DNA from: Blastocystis sp. Blastoise | Taxonomy: Eukaryota; Protista; Bigyra: Opalinata | Direction of reading: 5' to 3' | Length of the DNA stretch: 64,000 nt | Assembly (NCBI GenBank): GCA_039096225.1 | Contig: JBBPEB010000007.1 | Span: 558,001-622,000, forward strand | Part shown: in pieces, positions 1 through 11,867 of the stretch | Layout: each line of letters opens with the position of its first letter | Position numbering within the stretch: the stretch's first letter is position 1 | The notes under the pieces: generated by a model | Database searches by the model: none | What the model was told of the DNA's origin: nothing | What the model saw: the letters and a program-made list of their open reading frames with translations, nothing else | Translations under genes and position numbers: made by a program

Positions 1-685
1 TTATATATTTTTTTAAATTTTACTATTTTTTAACTTTTCCCTTTTTTTTATTATTGTTTATAAATATCATTTTCTTCTTTTGTTTGAATGGAAAAACGAT
101 TGTATCTCACATTTATTTTGAACAAAAAATATATATATTCTATGCAAATAACAGGAATATTAATATATGTATAAAAAATAGGAAACAAAACAATTCAACA
201 AATAGTGTCAAATGTCTATTGTAATAACAAGACAAAAAATGGAAATGGAAAAAAAGGAAAAAATATATATAAGAGAATAAATATGATATATTTGGATTTA
301 GCTACGACACAACAAAAAAAAATATGAAAAGAAAATACCCAATATACAAATAGAATACAAAAACATAAAATATACAAATATGAGTAATAGTATCACCTAA
401 CAAAAAGTGAAAGAACTGGATATTTGTAGTTATAAAAAAAAGAGAATTTATATGTAAAAATCATTACAGAAAAGTTGAAAAGAATAAAGAGTATTATAAT
501 ATCATTTACATATGTATAAATATATATACATATATAAATAATACTTATGTAGAGTGACAAGAGAGACTGAAGAATAGAGAGGTTTGAAGGAGGGTCATAA
601 AAGTAGCATATTAATATAGAGATATAGAGACAGAAGAGGCAAGAATAGAATACTCTTTTAGTATAATGAAGACTCAGTTTTCGTT

Positions 686-3513
686 TTAAAAGAAATCAGC
701 AGTTGGTTTATTTTCAGAGGGTTCTATATATATATAGATATATAGATAAACAATAAATAAAATATGAAAGTATATTATATAATATATATACCAGAATAAT
801 TATCAGTATCTTCATCACTACTTTCATAATCGAGTGAGTTCATGATTTCTCCATTGCCGCCAAGTCCAGCACGATGACGCGACCTATTACGATATATATT
901 CCCTCCTACTCCATTATCGGTATTGGAGTCGATGAATTGTTTGAGAGATCGAAGAGTAGCATTATCAAGAGTATCCAGATCAACTTCAATGACATCCGTA
1001 CTCTCACCATCAATCTTGGTATGTTCCTGAATGATCTCAAAGACCTTCAATTGCTTCTCATAAGGTAACTTATCAATACGACTACGAAGCTCCTGCTTAT
1101 CATCCATTGTAAAGGGAATCTCCTCTATCTATATATATATAATAGTATAGTATAGTATAGTATAGTATAGTATAGTATAGTATAGTATAGTATAGTATAG
1201 TATAGTATAGTATAGTATAGTATAGTATAGTATAGTATATATAAGCATACTTCAGTTCCTTTGTTTTCTTCAAGTCTATTTTTAATATCGTTCATTTCTT
1301 GTTGTAGTTTCGTCAATATACTTGTGATCTTTGTATAGCTTTCATCCTTCTTCACGGTTTCTTCTACTTTAGACACACTGTCCAACAGACTACGTGTGGA
1401 TTCAGAGAGAATATCTGTATCATATGCAAGGCGGGTACGTTTAGGCGGGGGAGCTATAGAACGAGTGTGAGGAATCGAGGGAACCGAATTAGTTCGCGGG
1501 AATTTCCTCTTTTTTGGTGTATCTGGTGAGGGAACATCCGGGAATTGTTCATAGATACGACGTGTGAACTGATCATAATCTCTTTCAAAGATTTCTGAGA
1601 GGGCTTTAGCCATAATAAAACTATAGAAAATAGAATAGTGAGAATATATAGAAAATACAATAGTGAGAATATATAGAGAATACAATAGTGAGAATAAATA
1701 GAGAAAATAAAATGAAAAAGGGAATGATAAGATAATATAATGTAAAAAAAACATACACATCTGAATCGGGTCTATTATATGTGAATGCATTATTGAAGAC
1801 AAGTCGAACGTCATCAGCGAATTGAGTGGCAGTCTCATATTGGAGTTTAATAAGCTTGTCTTTAATAGTACCGAAATCCATAGGACTATGAATAATGGTG
1901 AAATAATCAGGAATATTGAGTTCAACAGGATTCACAGGTATATTGAAAGGATAAGCCCATTTGTGATTCTATATATATATATAAATAAATAGATATATAA
2001 GATATATATATACCATAAGACGTTCTAATATTTTATAACAGTATTTAAGATCTTCAGATAGATTTTCAGGTACATCGATTGTTTCTCTAAGGAAGGATGC
2101 TGTAGCTGCACGATGAGCAGGACGGATTTGAGGTGTAGGAAGAGAGGGCTGAATATAAGTAGGAGCACGGGAACGAGGACGAGCAGCAGGTACCGACTTG
2201 GACTTCGTCAATTTAGCATTGGCATTTGGCTTTGGGGCATATCTAGAAATAATAAAGAATAATATATAAAGAATAATATATAATAAATAATATATAAACA
2301 ATAATATATAATATATAATATATAAAAAATAATATATAAAGAATAATATATAATATATAATATATAAACAATAATATATAATATATAATATATAAAGAAT
2401 AATATATAAACAATAATATATAAAGAATAATAAACAATATAGAATATAAATAATAAATTAAAACGTACACTTTAGCACAGCACATTTCTCTAGTAATAGG
2501 ATCATAATATCCTTCTAAATGGAATACCCCAAACTTATTTGTACCACTTCCTGTGACTCTAAATCGATCCTCTTTCTGTTCGAATTCTATGTTAACTCGA
2601 TTCTCTTGAATCTTCTTCACAGGTGTAGTTTTCATCCAAAAGAATCCATTATAAAGTCCCGATTGAGGTTGATCTGGACTATCCGTATCTATAGGAGAAG
2701 AAGGAGCTTTATGAAGAGATAACTGGAAATCACTAGTGATACCATTAAACTCCAAATTACTACCCATTCCCCACTATATAATATATATATAAAACATATA
2801 TAGAAGAAAAATGAGAATAAATTTAAAAAAAAAATTCTTGAAACAGCATCATATAAAAAAAAGATGATAGTAACTTGAATAAAACAAAAAGAATATTTAA
2901 TAATATATAAATATGATTTAATAATAACTATATACTTTACCAATCCAAATATAGGAAGAATTTTCTATTCTATATTCACCTTTTAAAACAGGAGTGACAG
3001 CAGGAGTAGGAGGAGTTGTAGGAGTAGCAACAGGAGTAGGCTCAACTTCTATATAGATTATATATATTATATAATATTGAAAAATAAATTTTAAATCAAA
3101 AAAAAATTGAATGAAATTACAAATTAAAATTGACATACTAGGTTCAACAGGTTGACTAGTTTCAGAGATTGGAGTATTTGTTTCATTCTCAGATTTGACG
3201 AATTCTGATAAGGAATCTGTGACAGAAGGAGTGAAATTTGTCGATAATTCTTGGTTAACTAAATAGAATAAAACGTAAAAATAGATGAGAATAGATTATA
3301 TAGAATATAAAACATAATTATACCTTCTTGTTCATCAGGAACATTAGATGTTATTTCAGAATTAACAGTTTCTTCCTTACTAAAAATTAGAAAGAAAACA
3401 ATAAGATAGGTATTCATGTTCACTATACAATAAAGTACTTACATTGATACTTCGTTGAATTCAGGATTAGGTGATGGAATTGAATCCATATTATTTTGCG
3501 TATATGTGTCCAT
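686..3513 (-). CDS. BET-family bromodomain + ET domain protein (GTE/Bdf1-like), multi-exon
   Basis: Spliced reading gives bromodomain NHKWAYPFNIPVNPVELNIPDYFTIIHSPMDFGTIKDKL..Y....QFADDVRLVFNNAFTYNRPDSDVFIMAKAL and ET domain FTMDDKQELRSRIDKL...VFEIIQE...IEVDLDTLDNATLRSL. ATG at 3513; last exon EPSENKPTADFF* ends at 686; GT-AG introns. Confidence 0.88.
1143..1237. repeat. (TAGTA)n pentanucleotide microsatellite filling most of an intron of the BET gene
   Basis: Perfect tagta repeats; they produce the spurious YYTIL run in ORF 1125..1925. Confidence 0.95.
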
Positions 3514-4676
3514 AGATATATAAATTCCACGAATATAATTTCAAAACAAAATATCAATAGAAATTATGGAGTAGAATTCAAAAAAATTAAAAAAAAAATC
3601 GAAAAACAGAAATATTTAAAAAAAATTAGGCGATTTTTTGAAAAAAAATTATATAGTGGGAATTAGTGCTAATTTCTATAAGCAGAAATTTCTTTTTGAA
3701 AAAACATCTATCAGATGTAAAATTTTATTTTTTGGGACATGTTTGGAGCGCCAATCAAATGACGACTTTTATATCCAATAAAATAAAAAAGCTTCCTTTA
3801 ATAATCCAATGATTTAACCTATTATTGTTTATATTTGCACTTGTTTCTCTTTTGAAGTCTTAGCCAGTCATTTCATTGGAGTCATAGATTATTATAGAAA
3901 TTGTCCAATCATTCCTTTTACGTTTAATACATGCTTGCTTCCATTTTGGTTGCAAGTGTAATTTTTAATTGACTCAATTAAGAAAAATACCATACAATAC
4001 AGGCTTCGTCATCACAAAAAAGAACAACCATAAAAAATCAATAGAGCTTAAAAAATGATTTCTTTTTCTTTATTAAACTATGTTTAAGATCTTGCTGACA
4101 TAAAATACACATATATTATGATAGAAAATGAAGTAAGAATCATTTTGTGACAAATAATGAAGAAAATCGAAAGATTTTATTTCGTCTACATGAATAATCT
4201 AATAAATTTCATCCAAACTTTGTTCAATAGTAAAATTACTTTTCTTTTTAATGAAAGAACGTCTCTGAGCATCAAATTGCACAATAAGTAAATAAATATC
4301 CTTTTACTCGCTGAAGATATGGAATGAAGGAAAATCAATAGGAGAAGATTTTTAAAAAGAATATATATTTTCATGGAGACTACTTTCGTTGAAAAAAATA
4401 AATCTTAAATATTTTTGAAAAATAAGTAAGAATATCTAAAATTATCAGAAATATCATTTTTATAATTTTAAAATTCCACAAAACTATATAATTTTTGTTA
4501 TTCAACCTTGGAAAAAGGAGTATTGTGTTAGTTATTCATTTCCTAATACTCTCGTCATCGTTACTAACAGAAAATAATCAAAATTAGTGTTTTCAAATAA
4601 AGTATGAATGAATTATTGTACTGTTACCTAAGAGATTCTTATTAAAATCATGTTATTCTGTATAGAATTGTTAACA

Positions 4677-6118
4677 ATGAATAAAGTAAGTGTAGAACGA
4701 CATAAAAAAGGTATTTAATTATGATATAACTATCGAAATTGTTGTTTTGTCTAGTTTATGGTATGTGTACACCGAAATCTAATTATCAGTTACTTAATTA
4801 TGTTGGTGATGGAACATATGGTGCAGTATATAAGGCAAAAAAACGTGAAACTGGAGAAATCGTGGCTTTAAAAAGAGTAAAACTATTAAAAGAAGAAGAT
4901 GTATGTTTATCTATGTAGTTCATTTTTTTCTTTTATTTATATATTTTATTATAATACATAAACAAAAATAAAGATAGGTTTTCCAATCACTTCAATTCGA
5001 GAATTTCGTTTATTGAAGTTATGTAAGCATCCAAATATAGTAAATTTAGAAGATATTATTGTTGGAGATAATCGAGATGAAGTGTATATGGTATTAGAGT
5101 ATTGTGATCATGATATATATGAATTATTAGAAAGTACAAAGAAAGGATTTACCATCAGTGAGGTTAAATGTCTTATTAAACAACTATTAGATGCACTTCA
5201 ATATATGCAAAGTAACTGGATTATTCATAGAGATATTAAAACAAGTAATTTATTGTATGTATAGTTTAGTTTTTTTGTATAATCTTTTTTATTCTAAAAA
5301 CCATTATATATATATATACAGATATACAAATAGAGGTCAATTGAAATTGGCAGATTTTGGAATGGCTCGAACTGTTGGAAACCCACCTCGAAAACTATCT
5401 TCTTCTGTAGTGACATTATGGTATAGATCTCCAGAGTTGTTATTAGGACAAAATGATTATTCTTTTCCTGTAGATATATGGTCTGTAGGGTGTATTATGG
5501 GAGAGCTAATTCGTCGTGAACCCATTCTTCCCGGGAAAAACGAAAAAGAACAACTTCTCAAAATCTTTAGTTTACTTGGTATATAAATACTTTTCAATAT
5601 ATTTATTCAATTATATTATTATTATACTTATTATTTATAATATATTCCATATATTACAATACGCTATATTAAACATAATTTCATTATTATTATCTAATTA
5701 CTATTCTATATATATTTATAGGTTATCCATCAGAGACAGAGTGTCCGTCATTATATAGATCACCTCTATATACTCAAACCGTTGAATATCAAACAATCTG
5801 TAAACATTCTCAATTAGCAACTACATTTCCAGAATTATCTCCTTCTGGCATTGATCTATTGACACAACTCTTGGCTTATGAACCCAGTAAACGGATCACA
5901 GCAGAACAAGCATTACAACATGAATGGTTCAAGGAATTACCCTTTCCTCAAGATCCTATATATATGCCTACATTCCCTCCTCGAAAACTTACTCCTTATA
6001 CACAAAAAGTTGGCAATACAAACTTTAATTCATTAAATATGGTATATATCTTCATTAGTAATATATTTATTTATTTATTAATATTATTATATAGGGATAT
6101 GCAAAGTTGAAAAAATGA
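4677..6118 (+). CDS. Cyclin-dependent kinase, CDK10/CDK11 (PITSLRE-type) family
   Basis: Motifs YGMC, GDGTYGAVYKA, VALKRVK, GFPITSIRE, HRDIKTSNLL, LKLADFGMAR, VVTLWYRSPELLLG and KRITAEQALQHEWF across GT-AG introns. Confidence 0.9.
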
Positions 6119-6276
6119 AAAAATGAAATGAATAATCATAGAATTGTTTAGTTCACATTTTTTTATATTTTATTTTTTTCTAATTTATGATTAACCTTTT
6201 TTTTAAACGAATTATAATATATAAAACAAAACAACATAAAGATAGTACACATAAAAAAAACAAAGAACTAACATTA

Positions 6277-7081
6277 TTAATAGACTTTCGGAATAGCTTC
6301 ATCATTTTCTTCCTATATATATATATATTATCAATAAAATAAAAATATATAACAGCAATGAATATTCATTTAAAATATATATATATATATATACTTCTTT
6401 TTCTTTCTTCTTTTCTTCTTCTTCTTTTTCTTTCTTGAGTCTTGCAAGTATTTTAAGTGCAACAGGATCATCTTTACCATCGAAACGATCACGAACATTT
6501 TGTTTATTGAGAGGATCATCATCATCATGAGGCTTTACATGTCTATAGGGGCAAGAAGCGCCACGAGTACAACAACCACGAGCATAGAAAGAACAAATAT
6601 GCGGTAAATTACGCTCGGAATAAGGGGAACGACGGCTAAGACGTAATAATTGAGCATTCAAAGGAGCTTTACCATAAGGTAATTCTCCATTAGCAGCTTT
6701 TTTATCCATTTCTTGCATAAATGCAGCTCTATTTGCAGTATTTTTTGGTACACTTAAAACTTGTCCTTGACTCATAAATGAATCACGAACTTGAACAGGA
6801 AGACCATATGTTAAATCAAGAATACAACATTGACAAACATTCTTTGCTTTAGCACATGATTGACATACTTGTGTAGATTTGTATCTTCCATCAGTACCAG
6901 CTTTCCATCGGAAATTAGTAAAAGGACGATCACAAGTCTTACATGCTTTTCCACAAGGTTCACGAATCATACGAACATAAGGATTATCTCCAAGACATGT
7001 TTCACATAAAATAGGAAACTCAGAATTCTCAGAAGTCTGTGTTCTTCCATCAGATTTAATTTGCATACCTCTTTCAGTCAT
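6277..7081 (-). CDS. RBM22: Pre-mRNA splicing factor RBM22/Slt11 (N-terminal zinc fingers + CCCH), C-terminal RRM absent
   Basis: SEFPILCETCLGDNPYVRM, CKTCDRPFTNFRW, KNVCQCCILDLTYGLPVQVRD, RNLPHICSFYARGCCTRGASCPYRH, DPVALKIL. One intron, then EENDEAIPKVY*. Confidence 0.92.
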
Positions 7082-7491
7082 CTTTGATTAATTAATTATA
7101 CTTAATATTATATTCTAATTGATTTGATATGACTAATTTATTCAATCTATAATATTTGAATTAGTATTATAGAAGAATTTCAATATACTCGAAAACAAGA
7201 ACAAATATACGAACTGAATTTTTATTTTTAAATAATCTAGAAAATATAATTTTTTTCTCACAATACTTTAGAAATTCCTTGGTTTTCTCTAAGAATGGTT
7301 TAGTAACAAAAAAGTTCTTTCCTTCTATTGTTTTCAGTTATTCTAAAGTTTAGATTTGGAAATTGTATATAGATCACTTAGATAGATAATAATTGACTAA
7401 ATTTAAATAATATTCTGACTTTTAAACAATTATGATACATAATTCTTTATCTTGTTTTCATTAATTCTTATATATTCTATTTAGATACGAT

Positions 7492-8199
7492 ATGGGTAAG
7501 AAAAAACCGAAAGTTGTAGAATTCCAAGATGATCCTACTCAAGATTTCTTTGATTTACATTCAACAAATCAAAATAAAGAGAGTGTATGTTTCTCATTAT
7601 AACTTTTTATATCTTAACATTATTCCTTAATATCTATTTGTAAGTATTCTTTGTGTTTCTACTATTTAAGCTATTTTTTATAATGTTGAGTCAGTTTTTT
7701 ATATATTATTAGTTAAAAGAACAACGTGAGAATCTTCCTATATTTGAATACAAGCAACAAATACTAGATGCTATTCAAACGCATCAAGTCTTGATTCTAT
7801 TAGGTGAAACCGGTTCAGGAAAAACAACTCAAGTATCACAATATTTATATGAAGAAGGATTGTTAGGGTATGTTATATTATTCATATTTATATATTATTA
7901 ATATTATATGTTTGTGATATATGTATATTATTCATATTTATATATTATTCATATTTATATATTTGTTATATATAATTATTTCCTTAGAACGAAGCGAATT
8001 GGTATAACACAGCCTCGTCGTGTTGCCGCCATCACAGTAGCGAAGCGTGTCAGTGAGGAACAAGGAGTGCGTCTCGGCGACGAAGTCGGATACAACGTGC
8101 GTTTTGATGATCATACGAATATAAAGACAAAGATCAAATTCCTTACTGACGGTATGTTACTAAGAGAAGCTATGGTCGATAACATGCTTACCGAGTATA

Positions 8200-8263
<64 letters not shown>

Positions 8264-9833
8264 TGACTTTGAAAGAAAGGAATCTATATATTCCTTGTTA
8301 TTATATAGATATAGTGTGATAGTTATAGATGAAGTGCATGAGCGGTCATTACAATCTGATATTCTATGTGCATTCATCAAGTACTTATATATATACTCCT
8401 CTTTATACTCTATGTCTATTCTATATTCATATATATCTATCAATAGAACTATTCTCTCAAAACGATCGGATCTCAAATTAATACTTATGTCGGCTACATT
8501 AAATACTAATGTATTCCTCAATTATTTCCCGGATGCATCTACTTTATATATTCACGGCAGACAACATCCTGTAGAAGTCTAGTATGAACTATTCTTATTC
8601 TTATTCTATTTTATTTTATTTTATTCTATTCTATTCTAATTTATTTTATTTTATTCTATTCTATTTGTCTTTATGCTTTTCTTTATCTTTATTTCTCTGT
8701 TTCTATAATGTTTCTTATAGTTATACTCCTACACCGGAAGCGGATTATATAGATGCTGCTCTCATTACGATTCTACAAGTAATAGCCTTTCTATTACTAT
8801 TGTCTCTATCTATGAATCTCTCTATTCTCATTATATATATATATTCCTATTCCCTCTAGTTACATCTTTATGCTCCTGCAGGTGATGTTCTCGTGTTCCT
8901 TACGGGTCAAGAAGATATAGAAGTCCTTCTGTCACTACTCGAAGAAAGAGTCAAACTTCTCCCGCCAGAACAACAAAATCTTGTTGTATATATATTCATT
9001 ATATATACATTATATATACATTATATATACATTATATGCTCATTATATATTCATTATATATTCATTATATATTCATTATATATTCATTATATGCTCATTA
9101 TATATACATTATATATACATTATATATACATTATATATACATTATATATACATTATATATTCATTATATATTACTATCCTTACTAGGTATACCCTCTATA
9201 TTCTCAATTACCTCCTGAACAACAACTTGTGGTTTTCTTACCCTTAAAAGATAATCAACGTAAAGTATGCTGTTTCTCTTCCTTTATTATTATCGTATTT
9301 TATACAGGTTGTACTCAGTACAAATATTGCAGAATCCTCAATTACTCTTAACGGTATCCGATATGTCGTAGACACGGGTCTCGTTAAAGTATATATATAT
9401 ATATAATCATAGCATCTAGTATTCTTTCTAAGAAGTAATTCTAACTGATGTATTAATAATATTTATAATTGCTTTTGGAATGTTATTTATGACTTATTAG
9501 TATTATCATCTTATTATGATCATAAGCTTTTATTATTTAATATCATCTTATTTTTATTCCCTATATACAAATAATGATAATACTATACTCCTATATATAT
9601 ATGTATATATGTATATAGATCCGTGTTGAGCAAGGTATAACAGGATATGATTCCCTTCTGATTGTTCCTGTCTCGAAACAACAGGCCTGGCAACGAACGG
9701 GTAGAGCAGGTAGAGAAGCAGAAGGATTCTGTTATCGTTTATATCCAGAGACATCCTTCCTCAGTTTAACAGATCAATCGGTTCCTGAAATCAAACGTAC
9801 TTCTCTCTCCTCTACTCTCCTTCAAGTATAGAA

Positions 9834-9926
<93 letters not shown>

Positions 9927-11204
9927 CTCAAAATGCTTGGTATAGATGATGTATTCTCCTTCCCCTACCTTGAGAGTCCTCCATTATCAACGATTAAAAC
10001 TGGACTACAAACACTAATTCTTCTTGGAGCTATCGATAAAACAACTGGTAAGATTACAGAAGAAGGTCGACAGATGTCTCAATTACCTCTTGAACCTATA
10101 TATAGTAAACTTATCCTTACAGCTAGAAAATATAACTGTACTTCTGAAATTTTAGATATCGTGTCTTTGCTCTCTGTAGATAATATCTTTTATATTCCTC
10201 GAGAAAAGAAAGAATTAGCAGCAAAGAAGAAAGAGCAATTTATTTCGGTTTATGGAGATCATCTTACTCTCTTAAATGTCCTAAAACAATATAGGTATTC
10301 TATTATAACTATATATATATATCATATTTATTATATCATATCTGATACTATATCTATAATATTAATCTATATATATATATATATATAATTAGAGAAGTCC
10401 ATGAAGATACAGATTGGTGTAAGGAGAATTATATTAATATAAAGAGTATGAAGATGGTTATGAATATTCGAAAACAACTAGTGCGTTACTGCAAAAAAAT
10501 GAATATTGAACTTCAATTATATATATATATATATATCTTCTTATCTTTCTCTATACTTTTGAAACTCTCTTTATAATGCTTATTATTTTCATGTATACTA
10601 TATTATATTTTTTTAATAAAATCTTCTTGCTTTTATTTTCTATATATCATATAAATCTATAGTCATGTGAGAATGATACTGATTCTATTCGACGTTGTAT
10701 GGTCGCTGCTATGTATATACAAATTGCAAGAAAATTACCACAAGTATATTTATATTTATATATATATTTGTTTCTTTCTCTCTCTATATATATATATATA
10801 TAGTTAGTCAAGGGTGCTCGTTGTGAATATAAGACTATTTTAGGGTCTAAAGTATATATTCTCATTATTCTTCTATATATATATATTCTTATAGGTAGCT
10901 TCTCTACATCCAGGATCGGTTTTATTCATGAAAACACCTCCTCCAGAAACTATTATTTATACTATATCCACCATTTATATATATATTATATTCTATTTAA
11001 TATATAATATATCATTATCCAATAAATACATATATTTATATTCATCTAATTGATTTGTAATATTTATTAATTAATCTTTAACTTATGTACGATCTTGTTT
11101 TAACTTCAAAACAATATTTCAGAGCAGTTACAATTATAGAATCTCAATGGATTACAGAATTAGTTCCTCAATGGTTTCAATCTCAAAAAAGTCATAATCT
11201 TTAA
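7492..11204 (+). CDS. DEAH-box RNA helicase, DHX33/Prh1-like, many introns
   Basis: [57 protein letters not shown]2 region and OB-fold C-terminus. The short N-terminus fits DHX33 better than DHX8. Confidence 0.9.
9837..9925. repeat. (TA)n microsatellite making up nearly a whole intron
   Basis: Uninterrupted TA run between the GTATAG donor region and the TAG acceptor. Confidence 0.95.
10964..11090 (+). other. U12-type (minor spliceosome) AT-AC intron in the DEAH helicase
   Basis: 5' ATATCC, branch-like TCTTTAAC at 11075-11082, 3' AC. Removal joins ETIIYT to [20 protein letters not shown] in frame. Confidence 0.85.
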
Positions 11205-11867
11205 CAACAACTTTCCATTATTCGATTTCCCGTCTTGTCTTCTTCTTTATTTGTTTTAATTTCCTTTTTATATGTGTATCGACTTGTTTTGTTTTGTTTT
11301 TCTTTCATTTTTGTATCGTTGGTCTGCCTTTTATAAAAGATTAATAATAAAACTCTCAAATACTCACCACATTTATATTGGAATTCGGTCGTAATATATT
11401 TAATTGATTCATCATATATAAAATATACTTAAAACATAGTGAATATCATATAATCGATTCTTAAACAGTTTATTATAGCATTCTTCTCTTACAATAATCC
11501 ACCTGACACTCAATGATCATAGATTGTAGCATCAAATACATTAGATTTTATATAAAATCGAATAATGAACATAAAAAAAGTATCCCACCAAAAAAGAACT
11601 ACGAAAATGAAGCGGTTCAAACTGAAAATTGGCGGAGTATTATCCAAAAAACAGAAATAGAAAACGGTGAAGCTACAGAATTCATCTAAATAAAACAAAA
11701 AATATCGTGAAAAAAGAATGGGACATCATATCAAACGTTTTGGCACTTTATTTATTAAATATAAATACTGATCATAGACTAGTAGATCCTCAAAGATTCT
11801 TCTTAAATTTGATATAAGTCTGTCTACGTAAGATAAATTAGTTTGAATCTCTAAGAAATAGATAGAA

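Noticed and set aside
3800-4374. Small ORFs (e.g. 4186..4374) between the BET and CDK genes
   Set aside because: No recognisable motif or consistent exon chain; likely divergent promoter or UTR DNA.
8981-9247. Y/I-rich hydrophobic ORFs here and elsewhere in the track
   Set aside because: They are read-through of TA-rich intronic microsatellites, not membrane proteins.
4677-11204. Functional splicing gene cluster (CDK11-like, RBM22, DEAH helicase)
   Set aside because: The helicase looks DHX33-like rather than spliceosomal, and adjacency in a compact genome can be chance.
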